A stretch of DNA of 64,000 bases, from assembly GCA_934747775.1 (NCBI GenBank), contig CAKVHA010000007.1, positions 1,437 through 65,436 on the forward strand. Reading direction: 5' to 3'. The notes beneath the pieces were generated by a model, which was given only the letters and a program-made list of their open reading frames with translations, did no database searches and was not told the DNA's origin. Of the stretch, positions 11,675 to 22,140 are shown in pieces; the first letter of the stretch is position 1, and every line of letters starts with the position of its first letter. Source of the stretch: an uncultured Clostridia bacterium. Lineage in GTDB: Bacteria; Bacillota; Clostridia; Christensenellales; UBA1242. Both the position numbers and the translations under genes were made by a program.

Positions 11675-12565
11675 ATGAAAAAAGTTGATAATTCTAAGGC
11701 AGAAGTTAAGCCTGTTTTAAAAAAGATTCCAACCAAATATGACGACCGCAAAACCAAATTTAAAAAGTTATCTAAAAACAACGAACTTAACGAGATTAGA
11801 CTTAAAAACGACTATATGGATAATGTTTTGCAACATAGCTGGCTAATTGACAACTACATTGCCAAATTTGGTCTTGTAAGTGAAGATGCTCCCGAAAACA
11901 CAATTAAAGCATACAAAAATGCTGTTAAAAAGGGCTACCCTATTTTAATTCAAGTTCAACTACTTGATGACGGTGAAATTGTTTGTTTTAATGGCAAGGT
12001 TTTAAGCACTACCACCAAGGCGAGCGGATATCTAACTAAAATGAGTTTGGATGAAATTAAGGAAATAAAAATTGGCGAATCGCAAGAGTCTATTCCTACC
12101 TTGCAAGAAGCACTAGATGCTATTGCTGGTAAAGTTCCCGTTGTTATTGACATAAACAACGATGGCACAGTTGGCAAGTTTGAACAAAAAGTTGCCGATA
12201 TGCTAGACGATTACATAGTAAAACACAACCTTTTTGATAGTGTTGCTGTTATGAGTTTAAACCCATACACCCTTGAATGGTTTATGGCACAAGCACCTTG
12301 GTTTCCAAGAATTTTGCGCAGCGGAAAGTTTAAGGTTAAAAACTATGGCAGTATAAAAGCTAAACACCTTACAAAATTAAAACTTTTTAAAATTGCTTTG
12401 CCAGACTTTATTTGCTACAATGCAAAAGACCTTCCTTGCAGATATGTAAAGCGAGTTAAACCAGTTTGCGTAATTGCATATAATGTAAGAAACCAACAAG
12501 AATATATTGACGTTGCAAAATATTGTGACAATATTGTATTTACAGGCTTTGAACCTAGCATTTAG
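11675..12565 (+). CDS. glycerophosphodiester phosphodiesterase (GDPD)-fold protein with substituted catalytic residues
   Basis: NYIAKFGLVSEDAPENTIKAYKNAVKKGYPILIQVQLLDDGEIVCFNG aligns by eye to the UgpQ core [48 protein letters not shown]. The PENT box is kept, but HR, E.D and HD are replaced. Confidence 0.65.
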   Translation: MKKVDNSKAEVKPVLKKIPTKYDDRKTKFKKLSKNNELNEIRLKNDYMDNVLQHSWLIDNYIAKFGLVSEDAPENTIKAYKNAVKKGYPILIQVQLLDDGEIVCFNGKVLSTTTKASGYLTKMSLDEIKEIKIGESQESIPTLQEALDAIAGKVPVVIDINNDGTVGKFEQKVADMLDDYIVKHNLFDSVAVMSLNPYTLEWFMAQAPWFPRILRSGKFKVKNYGSIKAKHLTKLKLFKIALPDFICYNAKDLPCRYVKRVKPVCVIAYNVRNQQEYIDVAKYCDNIVFTGFEPSI

Positions 12566-12580
12566 TTGCTAGGTTTTTTT
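12554..12580 (+). terminator. rho-independent terminator of the GDPD-like gene
   Basis: cctagca-tttagt-tgctagg followed by ttttttt. The stop codon lies in the loop. Confidence 0.7.
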
Positions 12581-12725
12581 ACGCTTTATTATTTACAAAA
12601 AAACGCCCTATTTTTTACGATTTAAACGCCATAAAAATAAGGGCTTAAAAATATATCATTGCCATAACAAGCAATTAGATTAAAAAAAAGTAGTCTTAAA
12701 ATTATTTAAGGCTACTTTTAATTTA

Positions 12726-13001
12726 TTAAATAAACACCAAAATTACAATACAGAATAACAAGCAAACTACGCCAACGCATTTTATTGTAACCAATGTTCG
12801 ATCGTTATCTGCAATGAAATCGGTCTTTTTTGCAACTCTTGTAATGCGACGTGCTAAAATTATTAAACAAACACCAGCAATACACAAAAACAACGCAACC
12901 CACACTTGTGGCATACGAAGAAATTTTGAAAAACTTTCCAAGTTTGTACTATCTATTGCACTAAGTAAAAAATTAAACATACTTTTACTCCAATTTACCA
13001 A
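12726..13001 (-). CDS. small membrane protein (91 aa, 2 predicted TM helices)
   Basis: ORF with two hydrophobic stretches (VWVALFLCIAGVCLIILA; VGVVCLLFCIVILVFI). A hairpin plus T-run lies downstream at about 12686..12718. Confidence 0.45.
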   Translation of the reverse strand: MVNWSKSMFNFLLSAIDSTNLESFSKFLRMPQVWVALFLCIAGVCLIILARRITRVAKKTDFIADNDRTLVTIKCVGVVCLLFCIVILVFI

Positions 13002-13155
13002 ATTTGATTATATTATATCATTATACCTTTATAATTTCAAGTCATTTTTTAAAATAAAACCTATATTTTTATCCATAATAATCCAAAACATTGCCAGCTA
13101 GCACCATTTTAGGCAATTTTGAATATAGTAAGATTGTATTGACAATGGAGGTTTT

Positions 13156-14193
13156 ATGAAAAAAATATCAATATTTTTGGCGGCAATTGTATTTGGATTT
13201 GCGTTTTTTCTAACAGGTTGCGGCGGCAAAAACAACACAATTAAGGTTAATGAAGTAACTCACTCTGTGTTTTATGCCCCACTATACATTGCCATAAACA
13301 AGGGCTATTTTGAAGAAGAAGGGCTAAAGATTGAGTTAACAAATGGCGGTGGCGCAGATAAGGTTATGAGTGCCCTAACCAGCAAATCGGCAGACATTGG
13401 CTTAATGGGACCAGAAGCAAGTGTATATGTTGTGAAGCAAGGCAAAAAAGATTTGCCGGTTGTGTTTGGTCAACTTACTAAGCGCGACGGCTCGTTTTTA
13501 ATTGGCAGAAAAAACATTGAAAACTTTACAGTTAGCAACATCACTGGTGGCAGAGCAGAAATTGCGGAGAACGAACGCCCAGTTATTTTGGCGGGCAGAA
13601 AAGGCGGAGTTCCTGCTATGACGCTTGCTTATATGCTAAAAGAAAATGGGCTTATAGACGGCAAAAACATCACCCTACGCTACGATGTTCCGTTTGATAG
13701 TATGACGGCAGCTTTTATAGGCAATGTGGGCGATTATGTAACCGCATTTGAGCCAGCAGCAAGCGCAATTGTTAACGAAGGCAAAGGCTACAATCTAGCG
13801 AGTGTTGGCAGTTTATCGGGCGAAATACCCTACACAGCATTTACAGCAAACGAAAGCTATATAAAGAAAAACCCAGACAAAATAAACAAGTTTTTGCGTG
13901 CAATTATTAAAGGCTACAATTATTTAACAACCGCAAATGTAGACGAAGTTGTTACTGCATTAGAGCCAAGTTTTAAAGGCATAAGCAAAGAAAGTTTGAA
14001 AGCCGCACTTGAAGCGTATATTAGAATTGACGCGTGGAGCAACAACCTAATGATGACCGAAGTTAGTTATAACAGACTTTTAGATATTATTATAGACAAT
14101 GGCGTGCTAACAGAACGCGTGGAATTTAATAAAGTTGTAAACAATAGTTATGCCGAAAAAGCTTACAACGAAATTAAAGCAGAAAATAAATAG
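13156..14193 (+). CDS. ABC transporter substrate-binding lipoprotein, NMT1/THI5-like (NitT/TauT family)
   Basis: Signal peptide with lipobox FLTGC. HSVFYAPLYIAINKGYFEEEGL is typical of NMT1/SsuA-type binding proteins. GGAGG SD is present. Confidence 0.8.
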   Translation: MKKISIFLAAIVFGFAFFLTGCGGKNNTIKVNEVTHSVFYAPLYIAINKGYFEEEGLKIELTNGGGADKVMSALTSKSADIGLMGPEASVYVVKQGKKDLPVVFGQLTKRDGSFLIGRKNIENFTVSNITGGRAEIAENERPVILAGRKGGVPAMTLAYMLKENGLIDGKNITLRYDVPFDSMTAAFIGNVGDYVTAFEPAASAIVNEGKGYNLASVGSLSGEIPYTAFTANESYIKKNPDKINKFLRAIIKGYNYLTTANVDEVVTALEPSFKGISKESLKAALEAYIRIDAWSNNLMMTEVSYNRLLDIIIDNGVLTERVEFNKVVNNSYAEKAYNEIKAENK

Positions 14194-14204
14194 TTTTAAT
14201 AATT

Positions 14205-14235
14205 TAAGACCTTAATTTTTAGGGTCTTATTTTTT
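14205..14235 (+). terminator. rho-independent terminator after the binding-protein gene
   Basis: taagacc ... ggtctta stem followed by tttttt. Confidence 0.6.
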
Positions 14236-14391
14236 ATGCAAAAATGTTATATCATAGCCAAATTTTCGCACAAAAAAGTGATACTTTAAATATAATGAAG
14301 TAGAAGTTATGCGTATTTCATTAAGTTTTAAATTAGCGTTTAAAATCTTTTTGTAATAGGTGTAATTTTAATACATTTTTAGGAAGTAATA

Positions 14392-15135
14392 ATGGCTATA
14401 TTAACACTAAAAGATGTTTCGCTAACATACTTTTCTTTAGACGGCGAAACAGAGGCTATAAAAAACATTAATTTTAGTGTGGAAGAAGGTGAATTTGTGA
14501 GCATTGTTGGGCCTTCAGGTTGCGGCAAAACGACAATATTGTCGCTAATATCGGGGTTAATAAAGCCTACTAGCGGCAGTATAAAATTTAATGGCAGCGG
14601 CAAAAACGACTGCGGATATATGTTTCAAAAAGACCACCTATTTGAGTGGCGAACAATTTTAAATAATGTTTACTTGGGACTAGAAATTCAAAAACAAAAA
14701 ACTTTAGAAAATATGGAATATGTAAATGGATTGCTAAAAAAATATGGGCTTTGGGCATTTAAAGACAAACACCCTAGCGAATTGTCGGGCGGAATGCGAC
14801 AGCGTGTGGCACTAATTAGGACAATGGCACTAAAACCAAAAATTATGCTTTTAGACGAAGCTTTTAGTGCGCTTGACTATCAAACACGACTAAATGTTTG
14901 CGACGACATTTCTAAAATACTAAAACAAGAAAATATCACTAGCATTTTGGTTACGCACGACATTAACGAAGCTATTACAATGAGCGACCGCATTATTGTG
15001 CTTACAAAGCGCCCTGCCACTGTAAAGACCGTTCACGATATTGATTTAGCAAAATTTGGGTCGCCGCTAGATAGGCGAAACGTGCCCGAAGCAAACAAGT
15101 ACTTTGACATTATTTGGAAGGAGTTGCAACAATGA
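14392..15135 (+). CDS. ABC transporter ATP-binding protein (NitT/TauT family)
   Basis: Walker A GPSGCGKTT, signature LSGGMRQR, Walker B IMLLDEAFSALD, H-loop VTHD. Confidence 0.93.
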   Translation: MAILTLKDVSLTYFSLDGETEAIKNINFSVEEGEFVSIVGPSGCGKTTILSLISGLIKPTSGSIKFNGSGKNDCGYMFQKDHLFEWRTILNNVYLGLEIQKQKTLENMEYVNGLLKKYGLWAFKDKHPSELSGGMRQRVALIRTMALKPKIMLLDEAFSALDYQTRLNVCDDISKILKQENITSILVTHDINEAITMSDRIIVLTKRPATVKTVHDIDLAKFGSPLDRRNVPEANKYFDIIWKELQQ

Positions 15136-15938
15136 AAAACATTTACTCTAAAGAATATCAAAAGTTTTTAAAGCAAAAAAAACAAAAGTCGTTTGTAATT
15201 GTTGTTATTCAAATTAGCATTTTAATACTTTTTGTGGGACTTTGGGAGCTTTTGGCTAGGCTTAATGTGATAGACAGCTTTATTTTGTCCTGCCCTTCAA
15301 ACATAGTAAAAGTTGTGATTGATCTTGCTAAAGACGGAACACTTTTTATGCATATGTGGACCACATTATATGAAGCACTGGTTGGTTTTTTAATAGCGAC
15401 CGTAGTAGGCACACTTGTTGCTATTTTACTATGGTGGAACGACACAATATACAAAGTATTAGACCCATATATTGTAGTACTAAACAGCTTGCCTAAAATT
15501 GCACTTGGACCTGTGCTAATAATCTGGATTGGCGTAGGAACAAAAGCAATTGTGGCAATGGATGTGCTAATTATGGTGGTTATTACAACTCTTAGTATGC
15601 TAAACGCTTTTAGAGCGTGCGATAAAAACCAAATTATGCTATTAAAAAGTATGGGCGCTAGCAAGTTTCAGATACTAACAAAACTAATTTTGCCAAACTC
15701 ATTATGTGACTTTATTAGTGTGCTAAAAATAAATGTGGGGCTAACTTGGGTGGGTACAATTATGGGCGAATATTTGGTTAGTAAAGCTGGGCTTGGATAT
15801 CTTATTGTTTACGGTGGTCAGATTTTCAACCTAGACCTTGTTATGGCTAGCACCGTATTGCTTTGCGTTATGGCTGGGCTAATGTATATGGTTGTGGCTG
15901 CCATTGAAAAACGATTTAACAAAAAACTTAAAAAGTAA
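15132..15938 (+). CDS. ABC transporter permease (NitT/TauT family); start moved to the ATG at 15132
   Basis: Multi-TM protein. GGAAGGAG SD lies 7 nt upstream, and an ATGA stop/start overlap joins it to the ATPase gene. Confidence 0.88.
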   Translation: MKNIYSKEYQKFLKQKKQKSFVIVVIQISILILFVGLWELLARLNVIDSFILSCPSNIVKVVIDLAKDGTLFMHMWTTLYEALVGFLIATVVGTLVAILLWWNDTIYKVLDPYIVVLNSLPKIALGPVLIIWIGVGTKAIVAMDVLIMVVITTLSMLNAFRACDKNQIMLLKSMGASKFQILTKLILPNSLCDFISVLKINVGLTWVGTIMGEYLVSKAGLGYLIVYGGQIFNLDLVMASTVLLCVMAGLMYMVVAAIEKRFNKKLKK

Positions 15939-15980
15939 CATTAATTTAATGTAGCCTTAAAAAATCCCTAGTACTTTTTG

Positions 15981-16955
15981 CTAGGGATTTTTAATTTGAA
16001 CTTTGGTGCGAATTATTTTATAAATAAATATTAACCCCACAATTCCAGTTATAAAATAAACATAATTTACAATAACATTAAAGCCAAGGCACGAAACAAC
16101 AAAAACCAATAGCAAGTTAACAAGAACATTTAATAGTTTGTTTTCTATAACATCCTTAGAAATGTTTAGCATAGAATAAATGCAACTAAGTAGCGTTGTA
16201 AGCAAACCAAGCCACACCGTAACAACCATAATATAGCCTAGCACCCTACTCTCGTTAAACGCAAAAGTAATAAGCGGCATTATGCTAGAAAAAATGTCTG
16301 TTTTTGAAAACATTATTGTAAAGCTAATTAGTAAAATTAAAATTGTAATTATAGCTGCCGAAATTGCACTGGCGGTTTTAATTTGTTTTGATGTGTAATT
16401 TTTGCCAACGCTAATTAAAAACATTGCGACAGTGAGAAAATTAAACGAAATATATCCTGCAACATTTACAAAACTAAGCACTGGCGAATTTATTGTTTGA
16501 AAATTAATGCTTGTTCCAAACTGGTTTAAACCAAACAAAATAAGCACAACAAACGACACAAATAGCATTGGGGATACTATAAAATTAAGTTTTTTTATTC
16601 CCTTAACACCCATTAGCAAAAACACACCAGCAATTGCAAGATTTATGGCTAAAAAATGCGGAATTGAAAGCATTTGACCTATTACCTTATTGCCAGCAAG
16701 CGTACTGCCGCTTAAAAACGCCAATGTGGAATACAAAAGCATTTTATAAGGTTTTTTTAGTTTAAAATTGCCAGCATATTTGCCTATGTACAAGCATTGC
16801 TTTATTAACACAAACATAACTATTCCTGTTGCAACTGCGCTAGGAATGGCAAGGTAGCCAAATCTACAAAAATATCTTGCTATCTCTTTTCCACTTGCAA
16901 AACCCGCACCCACTATGCTTGCTACAATAAAAAAAATTAATCCGCACACTTTCAT
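15981..16955 (-). CDS. YkvI-family membrane transporter-like protein
   Basis: About 10 TM helices. The N-terminal IVGAGFASGKEI motif is characteristic of YkvI and related permease-like proteins, as I remember them. Confidence 0.55.
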   Translation of the reverse strand: MKVCGLIFFIVASIVGAGFASGKEIARYFCRFGYLAIPSAVATGIVMFVLIKQCLYIGKYAGNFKLKKPYKMLLYSTLAFLSGSTLAGNKVIGQMLSIPHFLAINLAIAGVFLLMGVKGIKKLNFIVSPMLFVSFVVLILFGLNQFGTSINFQTINSPVLSFVNVAGYISFNFLTVAMFLISVGKNYTSKQIKTASAISAAIITILILLISFTIMFSKTDIFSSIMPLITFAFNESRVLGYIMVVTVWLGLLTTLLSCIYSMLNISKDVIENKLLNVLVNLLLVFVVSCLGFNVIVNYVYFITGIVGLIFIYKIIRTKVQIKNP

Positions 16956-16993
16956 ATTTAATAATATGATTTAAAGTGTACGGATATTATAAA

Positions 16994-17686
16994 TTAATTT
17001 TTGTAAATTAATCTGCCGCAATGTTCACAAGTAATATAGCCATCGCTGTTTAGTTTGTTAAGTTTGCTGCTGGCAAGTTCCATACGGCAACCATAACAAG
17101 TTTTTCCGTCTAATAAAGGCACAAAAACTGGGAAAATATTATCAGCTTTCATTGTTTTATATTTTTCCAACAAAGCTGGTTCTATGTCTTTTTCTAAAGC
17201 TTTGCGTTGTGCTTTAAGTTCGTTGATTTTTGGCTCTACGGCGCTAATAGATTTTTCGTAGTTTTCTTTACTAGATTTGTAGCGTCCACGCGCTTTTATA
17301 ACATTGTTTTTAGTAACTTCAAAGTCTTTTAATAATTGTTTTGCTTTGTTTATAAAAATGTTAAGATTACGCTCTATCATATATAGGTCACTACTCAAAG
17401 CGTTAATTTGGCTGTATGCTTCCCTAAACTCTTCTTCGGACTTATAATCTGCCTTAGCTGTTAGCTTTTGAACCTTGTTTACATTATCTTCGTAGTTCTT
17501 TTTTAAATTAAGATACTCTTCAATAATTTTTCCAGCCTTAACTTCCAAGCCATTACTAACATTTTGTGCGTCTTTTACATACGCCATCATTTTGTTCATA
17601 ACTTCTTTTTCTTCGCTAGCGTTAACTTGACGATTAAGTTTTTTAAGTTCCATATCAATTTTTTGATATTGCAAAATTTCTTTCAT
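16994..17686 (-). CDS. coiled-coil / C4 zinc-ribbon protein (COG1579, DUF164-like)
   Basis: Long coiled coil followed by CYGCRMEL...CEHCGRLIY. GGGGGA SD is present. Confidence 0.7.
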   Translation of the reverse strand: MKEILQYQKIDMELKKLNRQVNASEEKEVMNKMMAYVKDAQNVSNGLEVKAGKIIEEYLNLKKNYEDNVNKVQKLTAKADYKSEEEFREAYSQINALSSDLYMIERNLNIFINKAKQLLKDFEVTKNNVIKARGRYKSSKENYEKSISAVEPKINELKAQRKALEKDIEPALLEKYKTMKADNIFPVFVPLLDGKTCYGCRMELASSKLNKLNSDGYITCEHCGRLIYKN

Positions 17687-18365
17687 TTATTTTCCCCCAT
17701 TTTTTGTAGGCTTTTTTAATTTGTTTTAGTTGTTTTTTAACTGCCAAACGTTTAAAGAATGGCGCTTTTGTAATAATATTGTTGCATCTTTTATCTAAAA
17801 AGTCAAGATACTCTAAAAAATCGTGACTTTTACTTTCAAAATTTGTAACACCAAACTGCAAATAAAATGCGGATATATGCTGTTTTTTGTTGGTTTTTAT
17901 AACTTTTAAAACATTATAAAACATATGCCTATCTTTTACAATTTGGTCTTTTATAATATTGTAGCCGTGACTAACTAAAAACTTTTTTAATGCTATTTCA
18001 TTGTTTTGTGGCTGCAACACAAAGTCCGAAATATTTGTGGTGTTGTTTGAAAGTATTTTAATTATTTCCAAACCACCCATTCCAGAAATAACAACTTCTT
18101 CAATGTTGTGTTCCGGCTTTATTGCTTGCAAGCCATCTGCCACCGCGTAATCAAAGTTGTAACCGTGTTTTGTAAGTAATATTACAGCCTTTTGCACACT
18201 AGGTTCGCTAATGTCGCTAACAAACGCGTAGTCTATAAGTCCGCTTGCAAACAAGTCGTCTATAAGTTTTCCGTGGTCGCAACCAATATCTGCCACCCTA
18301 CGCTTAGAAACATAGCGTTTTATTTTTGCTAGCCTTGGTGACAAAGTTTCTAGCCTAGTCGTCAT
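17655..18365 (-). CDS. trmK: tRNA (adenine22-N1)-methyltransferase TrmK
   Basis: N-terminal RLETLSPRL...[11 protein letters not shown] motif. Downstream of sigA, as in Bacillus. Confidence 0.8.
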   Translation of the reverse strand: MTTRLETLSPRLAKIKRYVSKRRVADIGCDHGKLIDDLFASGLIDYAFVSDISEPSVQKAVILLTKHGYNFDYAVADGLQAIKPEHNIEEVVISGMGGLEIIKILSNNTTNISDFVLQPQNNEIALKKFLVSHGYNIIKDQIVKDRHMFYNVLKVIKTNKKQHISAFYLQFGVTNFESKSHDFLEYLDFLDKRCNNIITKAPFFKRLAVKKQLKQIKKAYKKWGKINERNFAISKN

Positions 18366-19413
18366 TAAAGTCCTGCAACTTTTTACTACGACTTGGGTTT
18401 CTAAGTTTTCTTAGCGCTTTAGCTTCAATCTGACGAATACGCTCTCTGGTTACATTAAACTCTTTACCCACTTCTTCTAGGGTACGTGGGTGGTTGTCGT
18501 CTAGACCATAGCGAAGTCTAATAACCTTTTGTTCACGCGGAGTAAGTGTTTCAATAACAGCCATAAGTTGGGCTTTTAAAATGTCTTGAGCGGCACTGTC
18601 GGTAGGAGTTTTCATACTCTCATCTTCAACAAAGTCACTTATTTTGCTTTCATCTTCTTCGCCAACTGGGCTTTCTAGCGAGATTGGGTCTAGGGCGATT
18701 TTTTGAATTTCGTTTACACGTTGTTCGGTTATGCCCATTCTTTCGGCAATTTCGGCATTAGATGGGTCACGGCCTAATTCTTGAGTAAGTTGTTTTGAAA
18801 CACGCGACAACTTATGAATTGTTTCTACCATATGCACTGGAATACGAATAATACGTGCTTGGTCGGCAATTGCACGAGTTATGGCTTGACGAATCCACCA
18901 AGTAGCGTAGGTTGAAAACCTAAAACCTTTTGTAAAGTCAAATTTTTCTACTGCTTTAAATAATCCTAGGTTTCCTTCTTGTATTAAATCCAAAAAGTGC
19001 ATACTGCTGCGGTTTACATATTTTTTTGCAATACTAACCACAAGTTTTAGGTTGCGTTCGCAAAGTTCGTCTTTTGCGGCTTTATCACCTTCCAAAATAC
19101 GTTTTGCTAGTTCCACTTCTTGCTCGCTTGTAAGTAGTTTTACCGAGCCAATGTCTTTTAGATACATTTTTACAGGGTCATCTACTTTAACATTAGAGAT
19201 AATATCCTTAAACTCTTCGTCCTTAATAATTTCTTCGTCTAGGCTTTCTACTGTTACGCCTTCTTTTTGGAACATATCTATAATGTCTTTTAGTTCGTCG
19301 CTAGATAGATCGTATTCAATAAGTTTTGTTCCTAATTCTTCTTCTGTTATGCTGCCGCGCTTTTTTGCGGCTTTAAGCAAATTTTGCACATCTTTTTGTA
19401 GTTTTTCTTCCAT
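18355..19413 (-). CDS. sigA: RNA polymerase primary sigma factor SigA/RpoD
   Basis: Regions 1.2 to 4 are present ([40 protein letters not shown]-type, [14 protein letters not shown]-type). Directly follows dnaG. Confidence 0.97.
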   Translation of the reverse strand: MEEKLQKDVQNLLKAAKKRGSITEEELGTKLIEYDLSSDELKDIIDMFQKEGVTVESLDEEIIKDEEFKDIISNVKVDDPVKMYLKDIGSVKLLTSEQEVELAKRILEGDKAAKDELCERNLKLVVSIAKKYVNRSSMHFLDLIQEGNLGLFKAVEKFDFTKGFRFSTYATWWIRQAITRAIADQARIIRIPVHMVETIHKLSRVSKQLTQELGRDPSNAEIAERMGITEQRVNEIQKIALDPISLESPVGEEDESKISDFVEDESMKTPTDSAAQDILKAQLMAVIETLTPREQKVIRLRYGLDDNHPRTLEEVGKEFNVTRERIRQIEAKALRKLRNPSRSKKLQDFNDD

Positions 19414-19423
19414 AAGTTCCCCT

Positions 19424-21190
19424 TTATTTTTTCAACCTTAAAGTTATTTCGTTCAGTTGTTTTGTGAGTTGTTTTCGCTCTTCCATATCGTTGGTTGAAC
19501 GAAGTTTGTTTATTAAATCTTGTTGGCGTTGTTTTAGTCCAATGCTAACAAATGTTTTTACACAGTCTAAGTAATAGCGCTCGTTGTCGTCGCTATCTAA
19601 AATTTCAAAAGCAATTAAGTCCGACAAGTCGCTGTTGTTTTCAACATCAAAGTTGGTGTACATTGCGCTTATTATTGGCTTTTTGCCTTCTTTATAACAA
19701 TTTTCTATGTATTCATAAACTTTTAAGTAGTCGCTATTTAGCAGGTTGTCCTTAATATTTTCGTCCAAAGTTGCGTACTCTTTTTTCTCTAGCAGTGCTT
19801 TAAGCACAAACTTAACCGCTTTAACATAGGCATTTTCCCTAAGTTCAACCTTATTTTCTTCTGGCTTTTTAACTTCTATCACTTCTTCGGTGGTGTTGTT
19901 GTTTAAATCCGCTCTAAGAATAGATTTTACAATTCCGCTAAAATCGCTAACCAAGTTTAAGTAAATATCTTGTTCGCTTTCGGTTGCAAGCTTTTTAATT
20001 ACATTAAGCGACTCAGATACAAACATCTTTTTCTCTTCGGGTCTATTTAAATTGTAATCGTTTGCATATTTTGTTATTAAGTATTCAACCCAATATTTCG
20101 CGCCCGATGCAAGCTCGTAAAATGCGTCTTTGCCATACTGGTTTACATACTCGTCGGGGTCTTGTCCGTTTGGAATTGTCATAACAAACACCTGCAAACC
20201 TTCTTTAACCAATATTTCAATACTACGCAAAGTAGCCTTAATGCCCGCTCCGTCGCCATCGAAACACAACACAACCTTATCGCAAAAGCGTTTTAATTCT
20301 TTGGCGTGAATACCCGTTAGTGCTGTTCCCATTGTGGCAACCGCGTTGCGGATTCCAGACTTATACAAGGCAATTAAGTCCATTTGCCCTTCTACAATTA
20401 TAATCTCATTAAGTTTTTCTACTTGTTTGCTCTTTTTAACAATGTTTATGCCGTACAAACACTTGCTCTTGTCAAAAACCAATGTTTGGGCGGTGTTTCT
20501 GTACTTTGCAAAATCCGCTTTTTCTAGTATTCGTGCAGAAAAGCCAATTACATTGCCATAGGTGTTAATAAGTGGGAAAATTAGCCTTTTTGCATAACAA
20601 TCGTACAATTTTCCTTCGCTGTTACGCTCACAAACACCAGCATCCACCATTTCTTGTGCGGTGTAACCAAGTTTTGATAAATACCCCACAACTTCGTTCC
20701 AACCAAGGCTATATCCTAGCCCAAACGCGGTTATTATATCGCTGTCCACATTGCGTTTTGTAAGATACTCTAACGCAACCCTACCTTCTGGCTTGCGCAA
20801 ATTTTCAAAATAATATTTTGCCGTATCGCGCAACAACTGATAGATTCGGTCAACTTTTTTCTTTTTCTCCGCAATACCATTATCAACTGTAAACTCTGGC
20901 ATTTCCATTCCTGCGTAATCGGCTAAGGTTTTGCACGCGTCGTAAAAGTCAACATTATCGTACTTTTCTATAAACTTTATTACATCGCCACTTGCGCCAC
21001 ACCCAAAGCAGTGATAAAACTGCTCATACTCATTAACCGCAAAAGACGGCGTTTTTTCGTAGTGAAACGGGCAACAAGCCCAATATGTTTTGCCTTTACG
21101 CTGTAAGGTTAGATACTTTGAAATGGTGCTAACAATATCATTGCTATTTTTTAGTTTTTCAATCCACTCTTGCGAAAAACCCTTGTCCAT
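19424..21190 (-). CDS. dnaG: DNA primase DnaG
   Basis: Zinc finger [13 protein letters not shown]...[12 protein letters not shown] and a Toprim domain (EGQMD, DGDGAG). 588 aa. Confidence 0.96.
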   Translation of the reverse strand: MDKGFSQEWIEKLKNSNDIVSTISKYLTLQRKGKTYWACCPFHYEKTPSFAVNEYEQFYHCFGCGASGDVIKFIEKYDNVDFYDACKTLADYAGMEMPEFTVDNGIAEKKKKVDRIYQLLRDTAKYYFENLRKPEGRVALEYLTKRNVDSDIITAFGLGYSLGWNEVVGYLSKLGYTAQEMVDAGVCERNSEGKLYDCYAKRLIFPLINTYGNVIGFSARILEKADFAKYRNTAQTLVFDKSKCLYGINIVKKSKQVEKLNEIIIVEGQMDLIALYKSGIRNAVATMGTALTGIHAKELKRFCDKVVLCFDGDGAGIKATLRSIEILVKEGLQVFVMTIPNGQDPDEYVNQYGKDAFYELASGAKYWVEYLITKYANDYNLNRPEEKKMFVSESLNVIKKLATESEQDIYLNLVSDFSGIVKSILRADLNNNTTEEVIEVKKPEENKVELRENAYVKAVKFVLKALLEKKEYATLDENIKDNLLNSDYLKVYEYIENCYKEGKKPIISAMYTNFDVENNSDLSDLIAFEILDSDDNERYYLDCVKTFVSIGLKQRQQDLINKLRSTNDMEERKQLTKQLNEITLRLKK

Positions 21191-21381
21191 TTTTTCTCCT
21201 TAAATACATTTTCTTACACCTATTTATACAAAATAACTTTTAATTTTCCTTTATTTTTTTTATTAATTACACATATTATTTAGGTATTTGGGCTTTTTCA
21301 TTAAAAAAAATACCGTTGTGTAACAATATCTTTCGCATTGGCAAATATTTTTGAATCGCAAGGCTAAATTTCATTATAAAC

Positions 21382-21408
21382 AAAAAAGAAAAGCCGTATT
21401 GACTTTTC
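21382..21408 (-). terminator. terminator downstream of tRNA-Arg
   Basis: Minus strand gaaaag-N9-cttttc followed by tttttt. Confidence 0.5.
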
Positions 21409-21419
21409 ATTTTGATAAA

Positions 21420-21496
21420 TGGTGTGAGTGGGCGGAGTCGAACCGCCGGCGTTTCGCTTAGGAGGCGAACCCTCTATCCTACTGAGGTACACCCAC
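21420..21496 (-). tRNA. tRNA-Arg (anticodon CCT), CCA encoded
   Basis: The reverse complement folds by hand into a 77-nt cloverleaf: acceptor GTGGGTG/CACTCAC, D stem CCTC/GAGG, anticodon stem TTCGC/GCGAA with loop CTCCTAA, T arm GGCGG-TTCGACT-CCGCC, then ACCA. Confidence 0.9.
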
Positions 21497-21535
21497 ATAA
21501 AAAATTGCGGTTGTTTTTAAAATTAAAACACAACC
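21497..21535 (-). terminator. hairpin plus T-run between the small ORF and the tRNA
   Basis: Minus strand ggttgtgtttt-aatt-ttaaaaacaacc (one bulge), then gcaatttttt. Confidence 0.45.
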
Positions 21536-21712
21536 TAATATGACCTTTGAAGTATAACACAACGGGCGGTTTTTGACAAACAATTATGGTGGATTTTAAA
21601 AAGTTTGTGGACGTTTAAATAGCAAAGTAAATATAATTAATAACAGCACAATAAAAGAAAAAATATTGTATACAACTTGCGTACAAAATTTACATACGTT
21701 GAAATTGTTATA

Positions 21713-21775
21713 TTAAAGTTTTGGAATTATAAACATTGCCAACAACATTACAGCTAAAAATGCTTCCGCACACAT
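21713..21775 (-). CDS. candidate 20-aa hydrophobic peptide (MCAEAFLAVMLLAMFIIPKL)
   Basis: Not in the ORF track because it is too short. GGGGAG SD lies 8 nt upstream of the ATG, and a near-consensus extended -10 promoter sits upstream. Confidence 0.35.
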   Translation of the reverse strand: MCAEAFLAVMLLAMFIIPKL

Positions 21776-21799
21776 ATTTGTTTCTCCCCTTTTTTAAAC

Positions 21800-21828
21800 A
21801 TTATATCACAGCAAAACAAGTTTGTGAA
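21800..21828 (-). promoter_or_regulatory. sigma-A-type promoter of the small ORF
   Basis: Minus strand TTCACA (21828..21823), 17-nt spacer containing TGa, then TATAAT (21805..21800). Confidence 0.5.
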
Positions 21829-22140
21829 TAGTGAATTTTTGAGTTGATTAATTTTTTTAGCGAATTAGAATAGCAATTTAAAATATTTCAAGATTAACAT
21901 ATTACTTTTTGAACACAATACAGTGTCGCTTCATAAGAGCATTACGGTGTTATTTAATGGTGTTTCATATCAACAAGTTTTAGTTTTATAGGTGTGTATT
22001 TTAAAACAATATGGCCAAGCAAAAAGTGGCAAAAACAAATGAATTTTGTTGATCTAAAAAATGCGGACAAAATAAATTTACAATATCTGCTTGCAAAATA
22101 CGCCCATATTAAGTAAAATACTAGAAAATAAGGATACAAA

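Noticed and set aside
13002-13155. A TPP (thi-box) riboswitch upstream of the NMT1/THI5-like ABC binding-protein gene.
   Set aside because: Neither the CTGAGA nor the ACCTGATCTGGATAATGCCAGCG-type conserved segments are present in the leader.
22010-22108. Short plus-strand reading frames (MAKQKVAKTNEFC* and MNFVDLKNADKINLQYLLAKYAHIK*) that together look like the start of a gene.
   Set aside because: They are split by a frame change and a stop, and I recognise no family. They could be a tiny pseudogene remnant, but the evidence is too thin to call.
21954-22139. 61-aa minus-strand ORF directly upstream of the rsmF-like gene.
   Set aside because: There is no SD, the translation is odd and Phe/Tyr/Cys-rich, and it overlaps the likely promoter region of the divergent gene. 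I treat it as spurious.
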